A stretch of DNA of 64,000 nt. It comes from an uncultured Pseudobdellovibrionaceae bacterium (GTDB lineage Bacteria > Bdellovibrionota > Bdellovibrionia > Bdellovibrionales > UBA1609). Location of the stretch: positions 4,789 through 68,788 of the forward strand of contig CAZWVK010000001.1 of the NCBI GenBank assembly GCA_964636785.1, given 5' to 3'. Below are positions 1-8,746 of this stretch, piece by piece. How positions within the stretch are numbered: position 1 is the stretch's first letter; each line of letters opens with the position of its first letter. The notes under the pieces are model-generated. The model was not told where the DNA came from. It was given only the letters and a program-made list of their open reading frames with translations, and made no database searches. Made by a program: the position numbers and the translations under genes.

Positions 1-163
1 TCTTATAGAGTTTATGGAAATCCCCAATCACTTTGAGGCGAATGTAAAAGCGAAAGGCGATGGCCTTTAAGAAAAACCCCCAGAGACATCGAAAAAAGAA
101 ACTCACAACATCGAAATGCCGGGTGAAGAGGGGAAGATGGCGAATATGAGCCGGGAGTTTCAT
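1..163 (-). CDS. 5' part of an ORF running off the window start; possibly a PlsC-type lysophospholipid acyltransferase N-terminus
   Basis: Not in the ORF track because it is truncated. ATG at 163 on the minus strand, open to base 1: MKLPAHIRHLPLFTRHFDVVSFFFRCLWGFFLKAIAFRFYIRLKVIGDFHKLYK. Hydrophobic N-terminus followed by an RLKVIG-type strand. Starts 30 nt downstream of the CdsA-like gene on the same strand. Confidence 0.3.
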   Translation of the reverse strand, partial: MKLPAHIRHLPLFTRHFDVVSFFFRCLWGFFLKAIAFRFYIRLKVIGDFHKLYK

Positions 164-192
164 CCACTGGTCATTTTCGTAATTCCAATCTC

Positions 193-1131
193 TCACAGAA
201 AGAAGTCTCCCTGAAGGTAGAGGTAAATATAGTAGAACAGCGGTCCTACAAAAATCAGCTTATCCACTCGAGCCAATATATCATCTCTTCCAAAAATAAA
301 GATGCCCGTGTTTTTGATTCCAAGGTCACGACGAATCACACTTAGGATCAAGTCGCCAAGGCGTCCAAAAACCGCTGCTATGAGACCAGCTGCAATCCAG
401 TAACGTTCACTTCGATCCGGAAGAAGATGTCTCATTCCCCAGGCCAAAATCATAGTGACAATGAGTGCAATGACGAACCCTTCCAAAGTCACTTTATTGG
501 AGATTTTGCTAAAAAGTTTGATTTTTCCGAAAGTTCGGCTCACAGCCCAGCCGATGTTTTCGCTGACCTCGGTCAAAAGGACCAGGTAAATAAGGATAAG
601 GACTCCGCCATCGAGGTTCGTGAATCTGGCCATATACAGTAAAGACCATCCAAAAAACACAAAACACAGCACACTTAAGCCCATATACTGGATCATATGA
701 GTCGCCGAATTTTGTAACATTGGAATCAGAGTGATGGTTCCAAGAAAAATCATTGGAGCCATATCGTATAGAGAAATATAGTCTTTTTGATAAATGAGAT
801 AGCCCTGAAGGAAAATGAAAATATAGGTCGTCCAAACAAACCAGCTGCGATGATAAGCTCCAACCATTTGGAAAAATGTTTTTGCGGACTGAACACTCAA
901 TAAAACCATAAAAACCAGCGGCCATGGCGAAGGCATGGCCAGAACAGCAAACACAAATGGCGTTACAAAGATCCAACTCTTCATGCTCGCCCAGGCGGAG
1001 GCCATGAGCGGCCCTCGAGGGCTCAATAGATATGTGATTGAGCCAAGCAGAGCCAAAAAGCCCAGTAAAATGAACGAGGTCTCACGAAACAAGGGGTCAT
1101 GCCAAAGTCCATAGAGCATTAGGTTTTCCAA
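193..1131 (-). CDS. CDP-diglyceride synthase (CdsA/CTP_transf_1) family membrane protein with a degenerate signature
   Basis: 312-aa polytopic membrane ORF. The C-terminal block SVIRRDLGIKNTGIFIFGRDDILARVD aligns in register with the CdsA signature (S-x-I-K-R-x4-K-D...H-G-G-x2-D-R-x-D), but K-D, H-G-G and one Asp are substituted. Confidence 0.6.
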   Translation of the reverse strand: MENLMLYGLWHDPLFRETSFILLGFLALLGSITYLLSPRGPLMASAWASMKSWIFVTPFVFAVLAMPSPWPLVFMVLLSVQSAKTFFQMVGAYHRSWFVWTTYIFIFLQGYLIYQKDYISLYDMAPMIFLGTITLIPMLQNSATHMIQYMGLSVLCFVFFGWSLLYMARFTNLDGGVLILIYLVLLTEVSENIGWAVSRTFGKIKLFSKISNKVTLEGFVIALIVTMILAWGMRHLLPDRSERYWIAAGLIAAVFGRLGDLILSVIRRDLGIKNTGIFIFGRDDILARVDKLIFVGPLFYYIYLYLQGDFFL

Positions 1132-2462
1132 TCAATATTATGATCTTTGATTTTTTTATATAAACTTGATCTGGAAATTTGAAGGACCTTAGCGACTTCG
1201 TCAATATCCTTATATTCGCTCAGCGCCATTTGAATCAAGCGTGCCTCAAAGGCATTGGTTAAATTGGCTAGGCCATCTTTAAGATCAATCTGGTGATCCG
1301 CATGAGAAATGGAGGCCTTTCGAGAAAGCCAATGGAGAATATCCTCTGCGCGAAGAAATGGGAGTGGGGCGTACAAGGAGGCTTGCTCAATGACTCGCTT
1401 CAATTCCCTTAAGTTTCCTGGCCAATCATGTTTTTTCAAAGCCTCAACCGCTTCATCGTCAATAGAGAGTTTTCTTTGTCCAACAAAGCTTGAATTCGAT
1501 GTTTTTAGAAAGTGAAGGCTCAACTCTTTGATATCTTCCAAGCGATCTCTAAGTGGGGGGAGGTTTATTTTCTTTCCACTCAGCCGCCACAATAAATCCT
1601 CGCGGAATTCGCCGTCTTGAACCATCTTTTCAAGATTTCGGTTTGAGGCAGCAATCACGCGAGTTTCCACAAAGTAATTTTCTTGCGCACCCACACGGCG
1701 ACCCTCTCCGGATTCAAGAAAGCGAAGGAGCTTGGCTTGAAGATTGAGAGGAAGTGCTTCAATTTCATCCAAGAACAGATCGCCCCCATGAGCAGCTTCA
1801 ACAAGTCCGACTTTATCTCGATCGGCTCCTGTGAATGCTCCTTTCACATGGCCAAAAATTTCAGATTCAAATAGATTTTCGGGCAAGGCAGAGACATTCA
1901 CGGAAATAAATGGGCCTCTTCTTTCTTGAAGATGAAGAAGTTGGGCGGTGACTTCTTTTCCTGTTCCCGTTTCCCCTTCTATAAGAACGGGGCCGCCTTC
2001 ATTTTTGAGTTGAGCAATTTGTTTAAGCACGCGCTGCGAAGCCGAACTGGAGCCCACCCACAAAGAGGAATCTTCTGAACCATGAGCGCCGCGAATTTCA
2101 AAAAGAGCAGAAACTTTGTTGAGCAGCATAGCGAGCTCTTCTGGGGCAATTGGTTTAGGTAAAAAACGACTAGACCCCGCTCGAATGCACGCTTCCATGG
2201 TGGTGCGATCCAGATGCCCTGACATGGAGATCACCTCTAGAAAAGGATGACTTTTAACCAATTTTTTTATGACATCCACACCTTCGGTTTTTTCGAGATT
2301 CCCAGTCAAATGAACATCGACAAGCGCACAGTGAAAACCGCGTGGTGGAAGGTGAGAAGGGTTTTGCGTAGAAATCTTTCGCCATCCAGCTGGAAGCGAC
2401 ATGGCGATGGACTCGTGAATGAGCGGATCATCATCTACAACGAGAAGTGTTAAATCTCTCAT
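1119..2462 (-). CDS. sigma-54-dependent response regulator (NtrC family: REC + AAA+ + Fis-type HTH)
   Basis: REC domain (LLVVDDDPLIHE; CALVDVHL). Walker A GETGTGKE, GAFTGA loop, ESEIFGH. C-terminal HTH (VAKVLQISRSSLYKKIK). Confidence 0.9.
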   Translation of the reverse strand: MRDLTLLVVDDDPLIHESIAMSLPAGWRKISTQNPSHLPPRGFHCALVDVHLTGNLEKTEGVDVIKKLVKSHPFLEVISMSGHLDRTTMEACIRAGSSRFLPKPIAPEELAMLLNKVSALFEIRGAHGSEDSSLWVGSSSASQRVLKQIAQLKNEGGPVLIEGETGTGKEVTAQLLHLQERRGPFISVNVSALPENLFESEIFGHVKGAFTGADRDKVGLVEAAHGGDLFLDEIEALPLNLQAKLLRFLESGEGRRVGAQENYFVETRVIAASNRNLEKMVQDGEFREDLLWRLSGKKINLPPLRDRLEDIKELSLHFLKTSNSSFVGQRKLSIDDEAVEALKKHDWPGNLRELKRVIEQASLYAPLPFLRAEDILHWLSRKASISHADHQIDLKDGLANLTNAFEARLIQMALSEYKDIDEVAKVLQISRSSLYKKIKDHNIDWKT

Positions 2463-2501
2463 AGTGACAATGGAACCCTAAGCTCGATAGAATTGCAACC
2501 G

Positions 2502-3704
2502 ATGAACTTAAACGTTTTACTTTTAGAGAACATCCATGCCAGTGCTAAGGATTTGTTAGAGGCTCAAGGTTTCAAAGTCACGCAGCTGAAAGGCGCGCTG
2601 AGTGAATCTGAGCTGATTTCAAAACTGAAAGGGTTTCAGGTTCTTGGAATTCGCTCCAAAACTCACGTGACTGAAAAAGTCCTATTGGCAAGCCCAGATC
2701 TGCAAGCCATTGGTGCTTACTGCATTGGGACGAATCAAATTGATTTAGAAGTCGCTAATGATTTGGGAATTCCGGTTTTCAATGCGCCTTATTCCAATAC
2801 CAGAAGTGTTGCGGAGTTGGTGATTGCGGAGATGATTGCCCTATCGCGCCGTCTGGGGGATGTGAATGCCAAGGCTCACAAGGGAGAGTGGATAAAGAGT
2901 GCTTCGGGATCTTATGAAGTGCGCGGGAAGACTTTGGGAATTATCGGGTATGGTCATATTGGGAGTCAGCTCAGCGTTTTGGCAGAGAGCTTGGGGCTTC
3001 GAGTTTTATTTTATGACATTGTTAAAAAGCTTCCGCTTGGCAATGCGTATGCCAAGGATTCACTGAAGGAGCTCTTGGAAGAGTCCGATTTTGTATCCTT
3101 ACACGTTCCAGAAACACCGCTGACAGCAAATATGATTCGCACTCAAGAGATCTCATGGATGAAAAAAGGGGCTTATCTTATTAATGCAAGCCGTGGGTCC
3201 GTTGTTGATATTGAAGCGTTGGCATCGAGTTTAAAGTCAGGTCATTTGCGAGGCGCTGCAATTGATGTTTTTCCTCAAGAACCTAAGAACAATGAAGAAC
3301 CTTTTATGTGTGAACTTCAAAATATTCCGAATGTGATTTTAACGCCTCACATTGGGGGCAGTACAGAAGAAGCTCAAGAATCGATCGGTCGCGAGGTGAG
3401 TCACTCATTAAGTGGTTTTATTGCTCGTGGGATGACACTCGGAGCAGTTAATTTTCCACAATTGGAAGTTCCTCATCTTGAAGAGGGTTCGAGAATTATA
3501 AATATCCATAAAAACGTTCCAGGAGTTCTTGGGGAGATCAATGGTCTGGTGTCGAAAGCAGGAGCGAATATACGCGCTCAATATCTTTCAACCGATCCAC
3601 ATATTGGCTACCTGGTTATGGATTTGGAAGTGGATGATGGAAAGGGTCTTGGCGACGTCATTCAGAAATTAAACACTTCACTAAAAACGCGAGTTCTATC
3701 GTGA
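2502..3704 (+). CDS. serA: D-3-phosphoglycerate dehydrogenase with C-terminal ACT domain
   Basis: 2-hydroxyacid dehydrogenase fold with NAD site GIIGYGHIGSQ. About 400 aa with an ACT-like C-terminus. ATG 2502 preferred over the upstream TTG 2493 used by the ORF track. Confidence 0.9.
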   Translation: MNLNVLLLENIHASAKDLLEAQGFKVTQLKGALSESELISKLKGFQVLGIRSKTHVTEKVLLASPDLQAIGAYCIGTNQIDLEVANDLGIPVFNAPYSNTRSVAELVIAEMIALSRRLGDVNAKAHKGEWIKSASGSYEVRGKTLGIIGYGHIGSQLSVLAESLGLRVLFYDIVKKLPLGNAYAKDSLKELLEESDFVSLHVPETPLTANMIRTQEISWMKKGAYLINASRGSVVDIEALASSLKSGHLRGAAIDVFPQEPKNNEEPFMCELQNIPNVILTPHIGGSTEEAQESIGREVSHSLSGFIARGMTLGAVNFPQLEVPHLEEGSRIINIHKNVPGVLGEINGLVSKAGANIRAQYLSTDPHIGYLVMDLEVDDGKGLGDVIQKLNTSLKTRVLS

Positions 3705-5089
3705 GTGATATTCTTGAAGCACTCTCTCATGTTTTTCCAAAGGATCGCATCTTTGTCGATGAATCCACTCTCAGTGAATACGGACATGACTGGACAAAAA
3801 ACCTAGATGCCAAGCCAAGGGCCGTTGTTTTTCCGGTAACTAAAGAAGAGGTTCAAAGTCTTGTTCAATGGGCCAGACAAACCAAAACTCCATTGGTCCC
3901 TTCCGGGGGGAGAACGGGTTTGAGTGGTGCCGCCACCGCCACTAATGGCGAGATCGTGGTGTCGTTTCAGAAAATGAATAAGATTTTGAGCTTTGATGCT
4001 GCGGACTCGTCGGTTTGGGTGGAACCAGGTGTGGTCACAGAGGATTTGCAAAATTTTGCAAAAGAAAAAAACTTAAACTTTCCAGTGGACTTCGCTGCTC
4101 GTGGATCCAGCCAGATTGGTGGAAATATTGCGACCAATGCGGGTGGAATCAATGTTGTTCGTTATGGTTTGACACGGGATTGGATTTTAAGTCTTGAAGT
4201 GGTGACAGGACAGGGCGAAGTCTTAACCTTAAACCAAGGCCTCATCAAAAATGCTTCGGGGTATGATTTAAGACACTTGATTATTGGATCCGAAGGCACG
4301 TTGGGCTTTGTGACCAAGGCGGAAGTGAAACTTTGTCCACCGGTTAAAGAATCCATGGTTTTTCTTTTAGCTGTGGATCAGCTGTCATCGGTTATGGAGG
4401 TTTTCAAAGCATTTCGAGATAAAATGCCTTTGCTTGCTTTTGAAATGTTGACGGATAAGGCTCTTGATATTGTTTTGAAAAATCAATCTTCTTTAAAGGC
4501 TCCGTTTTCGGATCGCTATCCTTATTACCTGGTGGTTGAAGCCGAGAAAAATGATGAGCAAGCGGAAGAAAGAGCCTTAGAAATTTTTGAATTCGCAGTT
4601 GAGAAAGGATGGGTGCTTGATGGGGTTTTGGCACAGAGTCAGCTTCAAGCGAGAGAATTTTGGAAGTACCGTGAAGATATTAGCGAATCCACGGCTCCTT
4701 ATTCCCCTTATAAAAATGATGTGTCGGTACGCATATCTCAAGTGCCTCAGTTTCTTGAAACGACAGAAGCGCTACTCAAAAAGGAATACCCAAACTTAGA
4801 GGTTGTGTGGTTTGGCCACATTGGGGATGGCAATCTCCATATCAATGTTTTAAAGCCTGCGGATTGGTCCAAAGAAAAGTTTTTGAATGAGTGCCACAGA
4901 GTCAGTGAACTTCTGTTTAAGACTTTGCAAAGCTTTGGTGGAAGCATTTCTGCGGAGCATGGCGTGGGTCTTGTTAAGAAGCCATTTTTAAACTTCACTA
5001 GATCGAAAGCGGAAATAGAAATATTTCGCGGTATTAAAAAGGTTTTTGATCCAGACGGAATCATGAACCCTGGAAAGATTTTTGATTAA
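3701..5089 (+). CDS. FAD-linked oxidase (GlcD / D-2-hydroxyglutarate dehydrogenase-like)
   Basis: FAD_binding_4-type N-terminal half (VPSGGRTGLSGAA, GGNIATNAGG) and FAD-oxidase C-terminal half (AEHGVG). GTG start overlaps the serA stop (GTGA). Confidence 0.8.
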   Translation: MSDILEALSHVFPKDRIFVDESTLSEYGHDWTKNLDAKPRAVVFPVTKEEVQSLVQWARQTKTPLVPSGGRTGLSGAATATNGEIVVSFQKMNKILSFDAADSSVWVEPGVVTEDLQNFAKEKNLNFPVDFAARGSSQIGGNIATNAGGINVVRYGLTRDWILSLEVVTGQGEVLTLNQGLIKNASGYDLRHLIIGSEGTLGFVTKAEVKLCPPVKESMVFLLAVDQLSSVMEVFKAFRDKMPLLAFEMLTDKALDIVLKNQSSLKAPFSDRYPYYLVVEAEKNDEQAEERALEIFEFAVEKGWVLDGVLAQSQLQAREFWKYREDISESTAPYSPYKNDVSVRISQVPQFLETTEALLKKEYPNLEVVWFGHIGDGNLHINVLKPADWSKEKFLNECHRVSELLFKTLQSFGGSISAEHGVGLVKKPFLNFTRSKAEIEIFRGIKKVFDPDGIMNPGKIFD

Positions 5090-5427
5090 GCTGATTTTTT
5101 AAGATCCTGAAAGCGGGGATCAAGATCAATTTCATAACTGTCACCACTGGTTCTGGTGTGATGAATATCGACAAGAAGTTCGATTGCCGCGGGAACTTGA
5201 GAGAAGCCAATGGCCGGGCAGCTTAAGAGAAGCCCTTCCATCTTTTCACCGAGTTCGCTGATCTCGGGAATTCCATAGGTTTTTCCTGTGCCTTTTAATT
5301 TGTGAAAGTCTTCGATCAATGCGTCGATGGCGCCGTTTTGATGATGAATCTTTATTCCGTCAATTTTAAAAGGCAGCTCGCTTAAGTATTCCTGTTGAAG
5401 CTTGAGTAAAAGGTCATTGAGACTCAT
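5086..5427 (-). CDS. stand-alone histidine phosphotransfer (Hpt) protein
   Basis: Hpt motif FHKLKGTGKTYG. ATG 5427 overlaps the kinase stop (ATGA) and is preceded by AAGGAGG. The ORF-track start at 5466 is probably too long. Confidence 0.8.
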   Translation of the reverse strand: MSLNDLLLKLQQEYLSELPFKIDGIKIHHQNGAIDALIEDFHKLKGTGKTYGIPEISELGEKMEGLLLSCPAIGFSQVPAAIELLVDIHHTRTSGDSYEIDLDPRFQDLKKSA

Positions 5428-6764
5428 GAGGCCTCCTTCTGTTTGGTTGCGTCGACGAATCGCCATTTATTCAAAGTGAAATAAAATGAACTTCCATCAC
5501 CAGGCGTTGATTTGAGGCCGATTTTTCCTTCATGCTCCTCGATCAATGCTTTTGCAATGGCCAATCCAAGCCCTGTGCCTTTGACCAAGGGATTATTAGG
5601 ACCAGTCGCTTGACGAAACTTTTGAAAAATCACCTGTTGATCTTGAGGGTCAATTCCTTTTCCATGATCGCGAACCTCAAAGTAAACTTGATTTTCATCA
5701 ATCAGTTTAACTTTTAAGTGAACAGTTTCTCCTTGAGGGGAAAACTTAATCGCATTGGACATGAGGTTGGTGAGCACTTGCTGAATTCGATCTCTATCAA
5801 TAAAGACCTGAAGATTTGGTGACTCTAATTCTTTAATCAATTCAACCTGTGCACTTTGAGAAAGGCCCCCGAGGGCATCGAAAGTAAGATCGATCAACTC
5901 TTCCGCAAAAACCCACTCTGAATTCAAGGGAACTTTTCCAGCTTCAATTTTCGCCAGGTCTAACAAATCATTGATCAATCGGATCAATCGATCGGATTCG
6001 GCTTCGGCAATGGATAGGAGATCTTGAGTCACCTCATTTAACTCTCCACCAAGGCCGCCGCGAAGAAGGCTGAGTGACCCCTTAATGGATGTGAGAGGAG
6101 TTCTTAATTCATGGCTAGCAATGCTTAAAAAATCAGATTTGGCTTGATCAAGAGTCATCAATTCATCGGTGTGATTGATTACTCGCTGTGCAAGTGAATT
6201 GAAGGTGGAATGGAGATCTCCGATTTCATTGTTTGCAGGAGAGTCAAATCGGTAAGTAAAACGATTATGCAAAAACTCCATCATACGACTTGAAAGGTTC
6301 TGAATAGGTGACATAACGGATGAACTCAAAAAGCCATGAAGGAGAGCAAAGCCCAATAGAAAAACAATTCCACTAAGGGCTGAAAGAAAGAGGACTTTCT
6401 TTTCGAGATAGTCCATCTGAACGAGAGTGAAGCGCTGAAATTCCGCTTCGTTGATCTTGAGATTGTCGAGATGTTTCCTAAAGGCTCTATTTTTGTTTTC
6501 ATTGAACTTTTCAAAGGTCTCAAGAGCGAGCTTTTGACGTAAAAGAGGTAAAAGCTTTTTCGCTTTTTTTTCGAGATCTTCCAACTCTGCTTCTGATTTT
6601 TTTCCATCTTTATCGAGTTCTGAGATAAAGCTCTGACCGGCTTGTATTTGTTCGCGTTGACCACGCAACTCCAAAAAATGTTTATAAGAAAGCAAATTGA
6701 GACCAACGACAGCTGAAAAGACCACACTCAGAATCAAAAACAATCGAGTGCGAATGGATCTCAT
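5424..6764 (-). CDS. membrane sensor histidine kinase (2 TM, HAMP, HisKA, HATPase_c; no receiver)
   Basis: H-box SHELRTPLTSI, N-box LMSNAIKF, G1 DHGKGI, G2 GTGLGLAIAK. Two hydrophobic segments flank a roughly 110-aa periplasmic-like region. Confidence 0.9.
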   Translation of the reverse strand: MRSIRTRLFLILSVVFSAVVGLNLLSYKHFLELRGQREQIQAGQSFISELDKDGKKSEAELEDLEKKAKKLLPLLRQKLALETFEKFNENKNRAFRKHLDNLKINEAEFQRFTLVQMDYLEKKVLFLSALSGIVFLLGFALLHGFLSSSVMSPIQNLSSRMMEFLHNRFTYRFDSPANNEIGDLHSTFNSLAQRVINHTDELMTLDQAKSDFLSIASHELRTPLTSIKGSLSLLRGGLGGELNEVTQDLLSIAEAESDRLIRLINDLLDLAKIEAGKVPLNSEWVFAEELIDLTFDALGGLSQSAQVELIKELESPNLQVFIDRDRIQQVLTNLMSNAIKFSPQGETVHLKVKLIDENQVYFEVRDHGKGIDPQDQQVIFQKFRQATGPNNPLVKGTGLGLAIAKALIEEHEGKIGLKSTPGDGSSFYFTLNKWRFVDATKQKEAS

Positions 6765-7141
6765 GCGGACTTGACCTCGCCTAAAGAAGCCAGAATCTCG
6801 GCAATCTGTGAATTTAATTTCATTGGATCAAATGGTTTTGGGATATGGCCAAGACCCAGTTCTAAAAAGGCATTTATGTCATTCTCTTGTGATTTCGCGC
6901 TTAAAAATATAACGGGTGCTGGATTTGTTTTTTGAGCTTTATAGAGCTCACAAACTTTAAGCCCGTTCAAATTGGGCATCATTTCATCAAGTAAAATGAG
7001 ATCAAAGTCTTCTTCGAGCGCCTTATTCAACGCTTTTTCCCCATTGTCCATCCAGATGACATGGTGGCCGCCAATTTTTTCCAAAGCCAAGCAAGCGATT
7101 TTTGAAATGTTGTGATCATCCTCTGCAAGAAGAATCTTCAT
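6761..7141 (-). CDS. single-domain response regulator (CheY-like receiver)
   Basis: MKILLAEDDHN..., DLILLDEMMPNLNG, conserved Lys region. Start moved to ATG 7141, 5 nt after the upstream stop. The ORF-track start at 7222 would overlap the upstream gene by 77 nt. Confidence 0.85.
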   Translation of the reverse strand: MKILLAEDDHNISKIACLALEKIGGHHVIWMDNGEKALNKALEEDFDLILLDEMMPNLNGLKVCELYKAQKTNPAPVIFLSAKSQENDINAFLELGLGHIPKPFDPMKLNSQIAEILASLGEVKSA

Positions 7142-7145
7142 ACTT

Positions 7146-7844
7146 TTAAGCCGCTTTTCGTGAGTGTCCATGAGTGAAAATCCATTTTCTAACTTTGTGA
7201 AAGTAACTTTCTCGCGCTCCAAGATAAGTCATTGTGTAAAGCCAACCTTCATGATGAGGCTCGCGATCTAAAACTTTTAATGGAGGAGGGGCTTCGCCAA
7301 TTTCATTTCTAAAAAACGCACAATTGATCTCGATCACTTCGCCAATTTCAATCTCTCCAGTGCATGTAAAACTAATTGAGACTTCGGAGATGGAGACCAG
7401 TTTCATATTGATTTCGACAGTTCCTTTTGCACGTTCAGAGTCTGGTGGGAATTCGATTTGCGGATGCGTCTTTGGTGGATTCTTCTCCAAAATATCTGCA
7501 ATTTTTTGTGTAAAGATCAATGGATCGAGTGGCTTGATAATGTAATCGTTCACACCAACACGGATGGCTTTCTCAATGTCTTTTTTCTCACGGAGTCCCG
7601 TGAGCATGGCCACTGGTAAATCTTTGAATCGAGAGTCTTTTCTGAGTGTGTTTATAAAATCAAATCCAGAGTAGTGAGGCATGTTGGCATCTGAAATCAC
7701 CAAATCAATGGACTGATTATTAAGAATATCCATTGCGGCGATTGCATCAATGGCCGTTAAGACCTCATGATTTTCATGTGTCAAAACAGCTTTCGCTAGT
7801 TTCAAAATATCTTTGTCGTCGTCGACCACCAGCAATTTCGCCAT
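7146..7844 (-). CDS. response regulator: receiver plus an uncharacterised beta-rich C-terminal output domain
   Basis: REC domain: KLLVVDDDKDIL, DLVISDANMPHYSG. The C-terminal domain of about 110 aa is PilZ-like at best; RxxxR and DxSxxG are not intact. Confidence 0.8.
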   Translation of the reverse strand: MAKLLVVDDDKDILKLAKAVLTHENHEVLTAIDAIAAMDILNNQSIDLVISDANMPHYSGFDFINTLRKDSRFKDLPVAMLTGLREKKDIEKAIRVGVNDYIIKPLDPLIFTQKIADILEKNPPKTHPQIEFPPDSERAKGTVEINMKLVSISEVSISFTCTGEIEIGEVIEINCAFFRNEIGEAPPPLKVLDREPHHEGWLYTMTYLGARESYFHKVRKWIFTHGHSRKAA

Positions 7845-7929
7845 AATGAGTTATCGGAAAATTCAAATGATTCCGTAATTTTTCTGGGTTTTTGTTGAAC
7901 TTTTAGATGGTCCTTGGTCTTAATAAGGA

Positions 7930-8106
7930 ATGAGAAAAAATCTGCTCACTATAGAGCGCATCATTCGGTTTTTATTAGGCTTGTTTTTAACAGCCTGGGT
8001 TTTAGGCGGCGGCCCGAGCTGGGCTTTTGTCGGGCTCTATCTTCTTGCGACGGGAAGCTGGGGCTATTGCCCCATATATAAGTTGGTCTTTTCGGAACGT
8101 TCCTAG
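7930..8106 (+). CDS. small DUF2892 (YgaP-like) membrane protein
   Basis: 58-aa ORF below the ORF-track cutoff: MRKNLLTIERIIRFLLGLFLTAWVLGGGPSWAFVGLYLLATGSWGYCPIYKLVFSERS. ERIxRxxLG and the C-terminal GxCPxY are the family hallmarks. Confidence 0.55.
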   Translation: MRKNLLTIERIIRFLLGLFLTAWVLGGGPSWAFVGLYLLATGSWGYCPIYKLVFSERS

Positions 8107-8408
8107 ATGAGATCCTTGAACTCGCCAGCCTCATACATTTCCATCATGATATCAGATCCGCCGATGAGCTTCTTATCGACATAAAGCTGAGGAATGGTTG
8201 GCCAGTTGCCATACTGTTTAATGCCTTCACGAATCTCGTCATCATCAAACACGTTGAAGGAAGAGAACTTCGCTCCAACCTCATTCAAAATAGCCACTGC
8301 ACGTGCTGAGAATCCGCACTGTGGAAACTGGGGAGTCCCTTTCATAAAAAGAACCACTTTGTCTTGTGCAATAATGTCTTCGATTTTTTTCTTTAACTCT
8401 TCGTTCAT
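8103..8408 (-). CDS. grxD: monothiol glutaredoxin (Grx4 family)
   Basis: CGFS active site (PQCGFS) and WPTIPQLY motif; 101 aa. Confidence 0.92.
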   Translation of the reverse strand: MNEELKKKIEDIIAQDKVVLFMKGTPQFPQCGFSARAVAILNEVGAKFSSFNVFDDDEIREGIKQYGNWPTIPQLYVDKKLIGGSDIMMEMYEAGEFKDLI

Positions 8409-8457
8409 GGAAATTCTCTCTCCCTATAAGATAGGCTTTTAAAGTATTAGGTATTTA

Positions 8458-8694
8458 TCACTTTTGCGTGCGAATAGAAAGGGCATGGACCTCGCCGGTT
8501 TTAAGCTCTTCTGCGAAGGCTTTCATCACCAGCTGGTGCTGCTCGATGCGGGAAAGGCCCTCAAATTTTGCACTTTTAACAAAGACTTCATAATGATCTT
8601 CGGTGCCGGTCAGATCCAACACATCGACCTGATCACCTGGGAAAGCGGATTCCAATCGCTCTTTAATTTGATTTGGGCTCAATTTTTTCTCCAA
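8458..8694 (-). CDS. BolA family protein
   Basis: 78 aa. FEGLSRIEQHQLV...EVHALSI matches the BolA F-x-G...H...HAL pattern. Lies directly upstream of grxD, the classic BolA-Grx pair. Confidence 0.8.
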   Translation of the reverse strand: MEKKLSPNQIKERLESAFPGDQVDVLDLTGTEDHYEVFVKSAKFEGLSRIEQHQLVMKAFAEELKTGEVHALSIRTQK

Positions 8695-8746
8695 AAAAAT
8701 GAAAAGTTGACCTAGACCTCTCTTTCACTCTCATTGATAATGTGGT

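Noticed and set aside
4629-4643. TGGCAC-agagt-cAGC sigma-54-like match
   Set aside because: It lies inside the FAD-oxidase coding region, its -12 element is poor, and there is no downstream gene start.
7146-7500. Calling the C-terminal domain of the 7146..7844 regulator a PilZ c-di-GMP receptor
   Set aside because: The RxxxR and D/NxSxxG motifs are not intact, and there is only a vague beta-barrel-like resemblance. The domain is left unassigned.
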